A stretch of DNA of 64,000 nt from Dehalococcoidia bacterium (GCA_965249115.1 CBDFLI010000002.1:1561859-1625858); one strand, 5' to 3'. Numbered from the stretch's first letter, positions 9,596 to 17,889 are shown. Numbers and translations are program-made. Notes: generated from the letters alone by a model not told the origin.

Positions 9596-9889
9596 ATGTA
9601 CGAAAAGAAAACGAGTACAAAGAAGAACCGCAGATTAGGTGAGACATTCGATAGTGACGGGCTTGAGCAGAAGCGTTACAAAGTGAGTATTCGAAACGCC
9701 ATAACTGGCGACATCTCCGAGCGGATCTCTCGACTCCACGCTTCAGCAATTGAGGAGGCGATCACCGTTCCGTCTTTGAGTGCTGGGTCAGGGCTGACGA
9801 GCAGTCGTCACCAGCGCTCGAGGGCGAGCCCCAGCGCTGACCTTAGTAGTGACCTCAACGCTCAGCGCTCACTGCCAGTGCTTGAGTAG
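9596..9889 (+). CDS. Hypothetical small basic protein
   Basis: The ATG at 9596 follows a GGTGGGA RBS-like sequence. The product is 97 aa with no recognisable motif. Confidence 0.4.
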   Translation: MYEKKTSTKKNRRLGETFDSDGLEQKRYKVSIRNAITGDISERISRLHASAIEEAITVPSLSAGSGLTSSRHQRSRASPSADLSSDLNAQRSLPVLE

Positions 9890-9923
9890 TCGAATCCACC
9901 CAGACATTAGGAAGGACAAAGAG

Positions 9924-10367
9924 ATGGACAATAAATGTAACCATTGCGACTTTGAAGCAAAGACCTCTCAAGGACTGGCTGGACACAGACGGCTGGCCCA
10001 TACCGAAGACGTTGAGCACTCGACCGACCCAACGGTCATTCCATCAGAGGCGAACCCGGTCCAAAACGCTGCGCTCGACGAGAACTTGAGTGTTGAAGAT
10101 CCTGCACTCGAACTCTCAAATCCAGAACGTGACTCCCCGAAGTCCAAGTTCTCGACTTCCATGTATTTGGATAGTGAATCGGATGGTCGGCGTTGGCATA
10201 TCGATCCGGCACCAATCTGTCACACCTGTGGTCAGCAAACCCAACACTGGGTGGAATGCGATACCTGCCAGAAACTCCTTCCCGTGAACCACACCGGGCG
10301 GTGCTGGGCAGACGGAGACAACATGGGAATGACCTGGGACGAATTGATTGAATCAACCTACAGGTGA
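9924..10367 (+). CDS. Zinc-finger protein (N-terminal C2H2-type finger, C-terminal CxxC...CxxC ribbon)
   Basis: The ATG at 9924 follows AGGAAGGA. CNHCDFEAKTSQGLAGHRRLAH fits C-x2-C-x12-H-x4-H, and CHTCGQQTQHWVECDTC is a Cys4 ribbon. Confidence 0.55.
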   Translation: MDNKCNHCDFEAKTSQGLAGHRRLAHTEDVEHSTDPTVIPSEANPVQNAALDENLSVEDPALELSNPERDSPKSKFSTSMYLDSESDGRRWHIDPAPICHTCGQQTQHWVECDTCQKLLPVNHTGRCWADGDNMGMTWDELIESTYR

Positions 10368-10537
10368 CAAAAGTTGATCGAAATTTGAATGTCGGACATT
10401 CGGGCTCACGAGATCGTATCTTTTTGGAGCAACGGAGCAACGAATCGATCATATGTCGCTATTGAATATATAATGCCAACGTAGAAATAGGAGCCCTTGA
10501 TAATCGATTGCGTTTCTAAAGTTCGCGGAGGGTTGTC

Positions 10538-12120
10538 ATGAACGTAGTAGAAATTCTCGAATTCTATTTCCCATGGAGGTTTGCTCCAGGATCCGATTTC
10601 TTTGAATCTGCAGAGGGGAAACTGATTGTTGACAGGCTCCAAAGGATTCCTGATGAGCCTCTAACACTCACACACCTGAATCAGCTTTTGCATTTGAATA
10701 GTGAGGCTGGTGTTACAGAGGGGGCGTTTCGCTACTACTTCCTCACCGATGCTCAAAATCACCCTTATTCGTTGCAATCACTCTCAGTTCCTAAGCCTAG
10801 CCCCATGCCAGACCGGGAGATAACCACAATTGGACAATTAGAATGGGGAATTGAGCGTTTCTATACCGACGCACTCCTTTATTACGGGAACCTTCGGTCT
10901 GCGTATCGGCATTTGCGTGATAAATCGTTTGATGAGCTCACCAATATGTACAAAAACAAAAGAATCGATTCGAGAGGTATGAGGCTCCGAGGACAAATCA
11001 TGCCACTTATAGACGTCCAGGTGGACGATCGATATTTGATTTCAGAGCTAGCCTGCAAGGCGTACGGGGAAGTATCTGGAGCAGCGACAACTCCAATCAT
11101 TGAACAGTTGGTTGCTGCATACAATCGGAGGGGAGGAACCACTACCTCCATAAAAACGCTTGTGGAAAGTGCAAACGCAGAAAACGAAGACGATTTCCAG
11201 GCGCAGTTAGCTTTCCCGTTGGCCACGGAAGAAATTGAAAACGAGCAAGTAGAGTCAGAAGAGGAGCTACGTGCAAAGCTTGGAGGTGTCCTCGAGCGAT
11301 TCCGGTCTGCGAGACAACGGGCCTTAGAGAACACCAAAATCTATTTGTCAATTTGTAACGAACTCGACGTCTATGTGGCGACTAGCATGCGCAACCGAAC
11401 CGATTTTAGAACAGCCGCAGAGTCAATACGCAGAATATTTTCCGACCCGCGCCTTGACGCTTATCAGTTGCGCTATTTCGACCCCACTTTGAGTGCTGCA
11501 AACACACATGAGGACGAAGGGCTCATCGAATGTCTGATGGTAAAGAGAGCTAAAGTGATCGTCTACTTTGCTCAGGAACGCGACAGTTGGGGAAAAGATA
11601 GTGAGGCTTCAATGGCCTTAAGTCAGGGCAAGCCAGTAATAATATACTGCCCTCCGACCCCGGAAGGTCGGCAGAGGATGAAAATGTTCAGAGATGAGCC
11701 TGTCTCAGAAGTCTCCTGCCAGGATTTTGGGTGGAGGCAGTCCTACGGTTAGCGATCACGACCACCCTGATAGAGTATGAAATACTGCAAAATAAGCCGT
11801 CATGCCCGCGAAAGCGGGAATCCAGAAAGATAGCATACTGGAGCTCTCAGCTTTATGAGACAGGCTCAGATGTCAATCCTTTGAGCCGACTGGTTGATCT
11901 TCAGACTGGTGTTGCGGTCGGAGCCTACATCACGGACGAACTTGGGACCGTTACCGAAATCCTCAGCCGTATATTTTCCAATTCCATGGAACATCAAATT
12001 GAGGGAGATCAGGGTTACTATAGACTGAGGGAGCATCTGACGAACAGTGCCGTTCGTCTTATCACTAACGACCGCACGATCACTGAGACGTTCTGGAATT
12101 ACTACCACGACGTAGTGTAA
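10538..12120 (+). pseudogene. Hypothetical protein with C-terminal NDT/SLOG-like Rossmannoid module, interrupted by a MITE
   Basis: ORFs 10538-11752 and 11731-12120 fuse in frame (...MKMFRD|VNPLSRLVDLQ...) when 11696-11867 plus one AGAT copy is removed. This gives a reconstructed ORF of about 468 aa. Confidence 0.6.
11696..11867. mobile_element. MITE-like 172-bp insertion
   Basis: Perfect 12-bp terminal inverted repeats, GAGCCTGTCTCA (11696-11707) and TGAGACAGGCTC (11856-11867). The flanking direct repeat is AGAT (11692-11695 and 11868-11871). There is an internal CCCGCGAAAGCGGG hairpin and no coding capacity. Confidence 0.7.
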
Positions 12121-12206
12121 GCAAAATCTCCGTAATTTCTTACTAGATTGGGCACACAAACCTGGCATTTACGTCTCGTACGCCGATGTGCGAAGGAGTT
12201 ATCGAG

Positions 12207-13223
12207 ATGGATGAGGTGGGAATAGAAGGTCTTCATGACTTGATCGTTTGCTATTTGGATCAAATGGATCAGGTCCAACCGGGGCCCACAACGATATTCA
12301 AGACTTATTCGTCCCAAATAGATCTTGAGACGAAGATCTGGCATTACTACCACAAGATTGAAGCGACCAGTCACCATACCGCTCGAGTGGTCAAATTATC
12401 TAACGAAGTCAGGAATCGATTGAAGGAGATGGTTGAAACGATGCCGATTGGATTGGATAAGGGTACAACCGAGATCAGCGTTACGTTGGAAAATCGGGAA
12501 ATCCTATTCGAAATCGACGCCTTTTTTGCAGCTGCTCGCTCATCTCTGGATTTCCTGGCATCCATCATCAGTCGGTATATCAAGGGCCTCGACATTGATA
12601 CATTCAAACGAGCAGACAAGATCCTTGGCAAAAGTAGCCATGCTGTCGCGAAAACGGTCAAAGAAAGTTGGGCTAATTGGGCAGAAGATCTGGTCACCTA
12701 TCGAGATCATTTGCTGCACAGGGGAGTCTTGCCCACTACCGTCGGAACTCATGTGATGGTGACGACGCCTGGCTCTACGGATTCGAGTATCGACAATATA
12801 TTAAGCTCAGACCGATTTGGCCCAACCAGCCCCATCGTATTCCCCCTGCCGCTGAAACCCAATCCGAAAACGAGGATAACCCGTCTCGATGCTTCCGAGT
12901 CGCAAGAACAAGTTCTTCCAACTGGCGTCGTGGAATCAACCGTAACCGTCCGGTCATCTACTGGTGGCAAACTTCGTGGAATAACAGTGACAGCCAGTCA
13001 GGGGCGAACCGTCGGGCCCATTACTGCTAAAATATCCTCAGAAATATCGTTGAGTGGTGAAGCCGCTTCAAAAACTGTCAAAGCGTACCATTTGGAGACC
13101 GGTTACGTGGAAGGTGAAGCATTATGCAGACAATATTTATATAGATTGTTGACGCTTGGGTACGACGTGATCAACCAACTGATGCAACTCAAGTTTTCCC
13201 ACATAGATATCCCGAATAAATGA
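12207..13223 (+). CDS. Hypothetical protein with HEPN-like R-x4-H motif
   Basis: The ATG at 12207 lies 8 nt after GAAGGAG (the ORF track starts at 12186). An alpha-helical N-terminal half (FEIDAFFAAARSSLDFLASIISRYI) is followed by LVTYRDHLLHRG, with R-DHLL-H at 12702-12719. Confidence 0.5.
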   Translation: MDEVGIEGLHDLIVCYLDQMDQVQPGPTTIFKTYSSQIDLETKIWHYYHKIEATSHHTARVVKLSNEVRNRLKEMVETMPIGLDKGTTEISVTLENREILFEIDAFFAAARSSLDFLASIISRYIKGLDIDTFKRADKILGKSSHAVAKTVKESWANWAEDLVTYRDHLLHRGVLPTTVGTHVMVTTPGSTDSSIDNILSSDRFGPTSPIVFPLPLKPNPKTRITRLDASESQEQVLPTGVVESTVTVRSSTGGKLRGITVTASQGRTVGPITAKISSEISLSGEAASKTVKAYHLETGYVEGEALCRQYLYRLLTLGYDVINQLMQLKFSHIDIPNK

Positions 13224-13292
13224 ATTCGTCAGCCGGACATCAAGGCGGTTGCGCCTAAAAATCGATGACAGGTACGTCTCGATGGAGTGTTA

Positions 13293-13369
13293 TGGTCGGG
13301 GTGAGTGGATTCGAACCACCGGCCTCTACGTCCCGAACGTAGCGCTCTGCCAAGCTGAGCTACACCCCG
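13293..13369 (-). tRNA. tRNA-Pro (anticodon CGG), CCA encoded
   Basis: The minus strand reads CGGGGTGTAGCTCAGCTTGGCAGAGCGCTACGTTCGGGACGTAGAGGCCGGTGGTTCGAATCCACTCACCCCGACCA. This gives a 7-bp acceptor stem, the anticodon loop TT-CGG-GA and a GGTTCGAATCC T-arm. Confidence 0.9.
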
Positions 13370-13429
13370 ATTATTGCGGTCTTTTGGCGAATATTATGTC
13401 TTTTTTTAGGGCGGTAATGTCAACGTCAG

Positions 13430-13465
13430 CGTCCCGAACGTAGCGCTCTGCCAAGCTGAGCTACA
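13430..13465 (-). repeat. Perfect 36-nt duplicate of tRNA-Pro nt 6-41 (5-prime half fragment)
   Basis: 13430-13465 is identical to 13329-13364. Similarity continues in the flanks (GATyrTTGCGG, AATGTCAACG). Confidence 0.85.
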
Positions 13466-13723
13466 TGCAGATCGTTGCGGCCAATGTCAACGATAGCTTC
13501 CTGGCCATTCCTTTATGGGCCTATGTGGGCTTTCGTCTGACTCAGGACAGGCTCTAAAACCCCCAGGTGAAATACCTTTGGGTGAAGTCTCGGGAAGAAC
13601 GGTCAGGAGCAAAAGGGCAGTACACCTTAGATTCTTCGCTTTGCTCAGAATGACAGAGACCTAAGTGGTCATCTCTCGATACTTGCTAGAGGTATCAACA
13701 AGGCTATCGGGACCTGAATCAAG

Positions 13724-13758
13724 AGAGGGGAGCAAGGCTTGATGTCTTGCTCCCCTCT
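13724..13758 (-). terminator. Hairpin downstream of the membrane-protein operon
   Basis: AGAGGGGAGCAAG-N9-CTTGCTCCCCTCT forms a perfect 13-bp stem about 32 nt after the stop at 13790. The U-tract is weak (CTTGATTC). Confidence 0.5.
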
Positions 13759-13789
13759 GTATTCCAAGATACCTGTCGCTTTGCCAGAG

Positions 13790-14461
13790 CTAAGCGGAAG
13801 ACCCGGCGGGTTCATCCGGAAGCTCGCGGATACGCGACGACTGGAAGCGGAGGACCTGGACTATTGTGGCCAGGCCCAGAGAGATGGACACCAGGTACAC
13901 CGCCGCGCCGAAGCGACGGACCCCTTCTACCCATGTAGACCAGGAGGTTACCGTGTCTACGGTCCCCTGGTTCCCGTCCAGCACCGCACTGTTAACGACG
14001 ACGCCCAGGATGAAATGTACCACTACCGCAAACAGAAGCATCATCATGGCCACCATCATGGTCACCAGCATTCCCTTGGCGGTTATAGGCATTGCAATCG
14101 TCAGCACGCGCCTGCCGCTGGCTTCCTGGACGCTGCCTCCACCGGTGCGCAGGGCGCCCAGAATGCGGGCGATGGCGAAGACGATGGCCGAAAAGACCGC
14201 CGTGAACCCCAGGAACATCACGGCCGTTGTGTACTGGCCCAAGGCCGCTGCCGTGGCGGTGTCTTGAATTGTTGTCCCGGTGGCCACGAGGTTAGCCCGG
14301 GCGGCACCCAGGATGAATGCTATTGGGAAGGCCATGAGGGCCATTAGGAGCATTGGTATCCACAACCTGGTGCCCATCTTCTGGGGAAGGTTCAGACCCA
14401 GTGCGTGACTGCTCTCGGTGACGGTGTACTCACCGTGCCTGCTAATTGTTGAACTTGCCAT
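13790..14461 (-). CDS. Integral membrane protein of unknown family (paralog of the upstream gene)
   Basis: 223 aa with multiple hydrophobic spans. It shares the motifs ILGxLRxGGGxVQExxGxxVxTxxMPxTAK and LxFQxxRIREL with ORF 14461-15432. Confidence 0.7.
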   Translation of the reverse strand: MASSTISRHGEYTVTESSHALGLNLPQKMGTRLWIPMLLMALMAFPIAFILGAARANLVATGTTIQDTATAAALGQYTTAVMFLGFTAVFSAIVFAIARILGALRTGGGSVQEASGRRVLTIAMPITAKGMLVTMMVAMMMLLFAVVVHFILGVVVNSAVLDGNQGTVDTVTSWSTWVEGVRRFGAAVYLVSISLGLATIVQVLRFQSSRIRELPDEPAGSSA

Positions 14462-15432
14462 TACAGTTTCTCCTTCCTTTGCCCGGTTGAGATAAGCTCC
14501 CTGATCCGGTAGAACTGGAAGCCAAGGATATTTCCGATAGTGCCCAAGGCCAGGACGATGGCCGAGAGCAGGAGTCCAAGTCCGGCTTCTCGCAGCGGCC
14601 CCAACCAGGCCAGGTAGGCATCTATGGATGCCACGTTGTCCAGGGTGGAAACGTAAACGTAGAAGCCGAATTGCACCATCTCCACCATCACGCCCATCGC
14701 CATCAAGGCCACAAACAGCTTCGCCGTCAGGGGCATGTTCAGGGTCTTCACTCCCGCGCCCACGGACTCCTGGACCTCACCGCCACCCTGGCGAAGAGAC
14801 CCCAGTATGCTGCCCAGCAGGAAGGAGATACCAGCGAGTATCAGCCCTTCACCCAGGAACCCGATGCCTGGGACCAGCGCCCGCAGCGATTGGAAGGTGC
14901 CTGTATTACCGGCACTGGCGGCCTGGGCCTCAAAGAAGGACAAAACCAGCCCTATACCGACACCCATGACGCCCATGATCAGCATGGGAGCCCAGAGTGC
15001 ATAGGCCATGCGATGGATGGGAAGGGCCGATGGCACCGAGCGTGTAATGCGTCCCTTGCCATAGGGGGTATTGATGGGGCCTTCCTCGACCGGTTTTGAC
15101 TCGGTTTTCTGTGGCATCAGCTTGGGAAGCGACTCTTTGACGCTTTCCACCCGGACCCAGAGCCGACGAACGATGCCCCAGAGTATCAGGGCGATACCTG
15201 ATTTGACGACGCCCAACGCTGCGGTGGCCACGCCAAAGGTCAAGGCTGCTTGCGCCGCTATTTCCGCCTCAGTTCCATCCCGACCGGCCTGCACCAGACT
15301 GCTAATGAACGCTACCATTGCCACGCCAAGGCCAACCAGCAGCACGAGCAACCCGCTCTTGCGCAGCGACGACCTGCTCCGGTGATCCGTAGTTGCTAAT
15401 GGCCTCAGCAAAGTTCCAGATGTGATTACCAT
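14461..15432 (-). CDS. Integral membrane protein of unknown family (paralog, with extra N-terminal module)
   Basis: 323 aa with the same motifs as 13790-14461. The stop and start overlap as TAATG at 14459-14463, which suggests translational coupling. Confidence 0.7.
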   Translation of the reverse strand: MVITSGTLLRPLATTDHRSRSSLRKSGLLVLLVGLGVAMVAFISSLVQAGRDGTEAEIAAQAALTFGVATAALGVVKSGIALILWGIVRRLWVRVESVKESLPKLMPQKTESKPVEEGPINTPYGKGRITRSVPSALPIHRMAYALWAPMLIMGVMGVGIGLVLSFFEAQAASAGNTGTFQSLRALVPGIGFLGEGLILAGISFLLGSILGSLRQGGGEVQESVGAGVKTLNMPLTAKLFVALMAMGVMVEMVQFGFYVYVSTLDNVASIDAYLAWLGPLREAGLGLLLSAIVLALGTIGNILGFQFYRIRELISTGQRKEKL

Positions 15433-15746
15433 ATATCCACCTCCATCGTAGATTTTCTAAGCCCCTTCCGGGGAGTCATTCCACCTCTCCGCTTTCCACT
15501 CACCACGTCCAATGACGATCCACTCCCACCTCCTTACATCCGGCTTGCCCACCCTGTATATGAGATGTCTTTCATAAACAGGAAGATGCGCATGGGTTTG
15601 GGCCAGTAGCGCTATTAAAGGTCCGTGACGGAAAGAGCAATTCTCCAGGGGCTGGTGCATCTAACAGGCGTTCCTTTGCATCGTAAGTATTGTAAGCAAA
15701 ATAGCTCGGGGGACGGACGGACCGGTCCCGGAGAAGCCAGGAGGGT

Positions 15747-16220
15747 GTGATGTCCTACGACGTTGGTGCGGCGGTTTTAGCGGGGCTTGTGGGCGGAGCG
15801 GTTATGGCCATGCTCCTGTATGCGGGAATAGCCATGGCTCCCAAGCAGATGAAGATGAACCTGTTCTATCTTCTGGGGACCATGATGCTACCCACCGGAG
15901 CAGTGGTCTACGTAGCCGGGGCAATGATTCACGGCATGATGAGCGTTGCTTTCGGGCTAATCCATACAGGCCTGTATCAGGCGTTTGGCCTGGAGTCAGG
16001 ACTCTGGGCGTGGGGCCTGCTATTTGGACTTGCGCACTGGATCGTGGTCGGTGTCGGCATGGGCATGATGAGCATCGTGCACCCCAGGGTACGTTCAGGT
16101 GAAGTGGGCGCGCCGGGCGCTTTCGCCAAGAACTATCCCCCCATGACTGTTGTAGGCTTCCTTATGCTCCACCTTATTTATGGCTTGTTGGTGGGTGTTG
16201 TCTACGGTGCTCTGGTCTAG
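15747..16220 (+). CDS. Small integral membrane protein (about 4 TM), unknown function
   Basis: 157 aa, Gly/Ala/Met-rich, with hydrophobic segments. Confidence 0.6.
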   Translation: MMSYDVGAAVLAGLVGGAVMAMLLYAGIAMAPKQMKMNLFYLLGTMMLPTGAVVYVAGAMIHGMMSVAFGLIHTGLYQAFGLESGLWAWGLLFGLAHWIVVGVGMGMMSIVHPRVRSGEVGAPGAFAKNYPPMTVVGFLMLHLIYGLLVGVVYGALV

Positions 16221-16279
16221 CCATTTTCACGGGGCGTCAGGTGTAAATAGCTGCGTATCACTCCAGTGAGGAAATTAAG

Positions 16280-16630
16280 ATGCGTTTTGAACTTCTATAC
16301 TTCGATGGATGTCCGTCCTGGCACCAGGCCCTGGAGAACCTAAGGCAGGCACTCCAGGCTGAAGGTCTTGACCTGGAGGTCTCGCTGGTCCGAGTAGAGG
16401 GAGACCAACATGCCCGCGCCGTCCGGTTTCAAGGCTCCCCGACTATTCGATTATCCGGTGAAGACCTTTTTCCAGAGCAGCCGGGCAGAGCAGTCGGGCC
16501 AAGTCAGCCGGGCGAATACGGGTTCAGCTGTCGCGTGTACGAGACCGAAGAGGGGTTGAAGGGATGGCCTACGGTAAAGATGGTCCGTGACCAGTTGCGC
16601 TCTCGCCTTGGTTCCAAGGCTACGGTGTAG
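16280..16630 (+). CDS. Thioredoxin-fold-like small protein (FDGCPSW motif)
   Basis: 116 aa. The N-terminal ELLYFDGCPSW and the later GSPTIRLSGEDLFP resemble small thioredoxin-like proteins. Family assignment is from memory only. Confidence 0.45.
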   Translation: MRFELLYFDGCPSWHQALENLRQALQAEGLDLEVSLVRVEGDQHARAVRFQGSPTIRLSGEDLFPEQPGRAVGPSQPGEYGFSCRVYETEEGLKGWPTVKMVRDQLRSRLGSKATV

Positions 16631-16831
16631 GAGCTGGCAATCTTTTATTTGAGTGTAGGATATGGTGGCATCACGATGAGAGAACGGTCATGAGCATACA
16701 CGCTACGACCCTTAAAGACCTGCGCATAGACATGGCCGACGTAAGGCAACTTGCTCGGGAGCGTCGAGAGCCAAATCATCCTTTCACGAAGACCTGGCTT
16801 CCGCGATTACTCGTTATATTTTGGAACTCAG

Positions 16832-17152
16832 CTATAAGACCCTAGCGTCTGACAGCCGCCATGCCACATCTTCCCAATCTTCACCCGTTACGCCAGCTAT
16901 CTTGTTGAACCGATCACCGTGCTTGTCTCCAAAATCGTGGAGTGAATCGTGACTCCTCCACTCTGATACAAACAGCACATCGTCAGGATTGGCCTCACTT
17001 CGGTAAACTTTGCTCGAAATAAGGCCTGATTTACGCGCCTCATCGATCAACTCTCCAAAAACCTCGTCATTTGCCCGCCTGAGCTTATCCCACTCAGCTG
17101 TCTTGATCCGCATTGTAAACAAGATTGGCTGGTCTTCGCTTTGAGTTGCCAT
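16832..17152 (-). CDS. ABM (antibiotic-biosynthesis-monooxygenase-like) domain protein
   Basis: The start is chosen at the ATG at 17152, which follows a GGAG RBS. At 106 aa it has the size and pattern of a Dabb/ABM domain (LFVSEWRSHDSLHDF). The longer ORF-track start at 17320 is less likely. Confidence 0.5.
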   Translation of the reverse strand: MATQSEDQPILFTMRIKTAEWDKLRRANDEVFGELIDEARKSGLISSKVYRSEANPDDVLFVSEWRSHDSLHDFGDKHGDRFNKIAGVTGEDWEDVAWRLSDARVL

Positions 17153-17583
17153 CACATCTCCATTATTTGATTGATTGACCCTGGCATTATTGTCGATTAA
17201 CATGCCAAAATTCGCAATAGCATATCCTGGCACCGATAATATGGACAAGCCAAGCTGCATTCGCGCCATACGCACTTTTGGGGTATGGCTGATTAGTTTG
17301 AGCATTTCGATGCTACGCAAGTCGAGGGTGAGTTCGTAGACGTCTTACGTGAGGAGCAGCTGCAACCCCCCTAAGACCTGGCCCATGGAAAGCGATCTTT
17401 TGCTTGTTTCAGCAAGTCTATCTGCGTTCCTGGCGGTGCCAGCGCTGCTGTTATCCGGACTGTTCTTGGTCCTCTTCTTCAACGGGCGAGGAGAGAAGTG
17501 GCTCCGGAAATCTGAACAGGTGGATAAGTGGAATCGCTGCCTGATTGAGGGCATGATAGTGCTCTCGGAGACAGGAGCGAGAG

Positions 17584-17889
17584 ATGAGCAGACGACCCCG
17601 CCGTAACCACTCGGCAGAGTTCAAGGCGAAGGTGGCTCTTGCCGCAGTGCGCGGCGACCGGACACTTTCGGAGCTGGCAAGCCAGTTCGATGTGCACCCG
17701 AACCAGATCACGCAATGGAAGACCCAGTTGCTGGATCGGGCGGCGCAGTTATTTGGGGCCGGGCCAGGGCAGGCTGAAAAGCCGGTAGATATGAAGGTCC
17801 TTCACGCCAAGATCGGTGAGCTTGCGTTGGAGAACGATTTTTTAGAGGCCGCGCTCACGAAGGCGGGATTGCCGGGCGCAAGGCGATGA
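17584..17889 (+). CDS. IS3 transposase OrfA (HTH)
   Basis: [38 protein letters not shown] is homologous to OrfA of copy 1. Confidence 0.9.
   Translation: MSRRPRRNHSAEFKAKVALAAVRGDRTLSELASQFDVHPNQITQWKTQLLDRAAQLFGAGPGQAEKPVDMKVLHAKIGELALENDFLEAALTKAGLPGARR
17838..17844 (+). other. Putative -1 programmed frameshift heptamer T TTT TTA (IS copy 2)
   Basis: The sequence reads GAT TTT TTA GAG. A -1 slip gives DFF-RGRAHEGGIAGRKAMIDRD, which runs into OrfB. Confidence 0.6.

Noticed and set aside
13430-13465. The partial tRNA-Pro copy interpreted as a classical attL/attR scar of an integrase-mediated island.
   Set aside because: The duplicated part is the 5-prime half, not the 3-prime end. It lies only 65 nt from the intact gene on the side away from the low-GC cluster, and no integrase gene is present. 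I kept it as a tandem-duplication observation only.
15457-15660. The 67-aa ORF in the divergent intergenic region between the membrane-protein operon and gene 15747.
   Set aside because: It has no RBS, no recognisable motif, and a Trp/Arg-rich composition. It is more likely promoter or leader space.
16690-16845. A 51-codon ORF (MSIHATTLKDLRIDMADVRQLARERREPNHPF...) between the thioredoxin-like and ABM genes.
   Set aside because: It is below the ORF-track threshold, overlaps the ABM gene stop on the opposite strand, and has no motif or RBS support.
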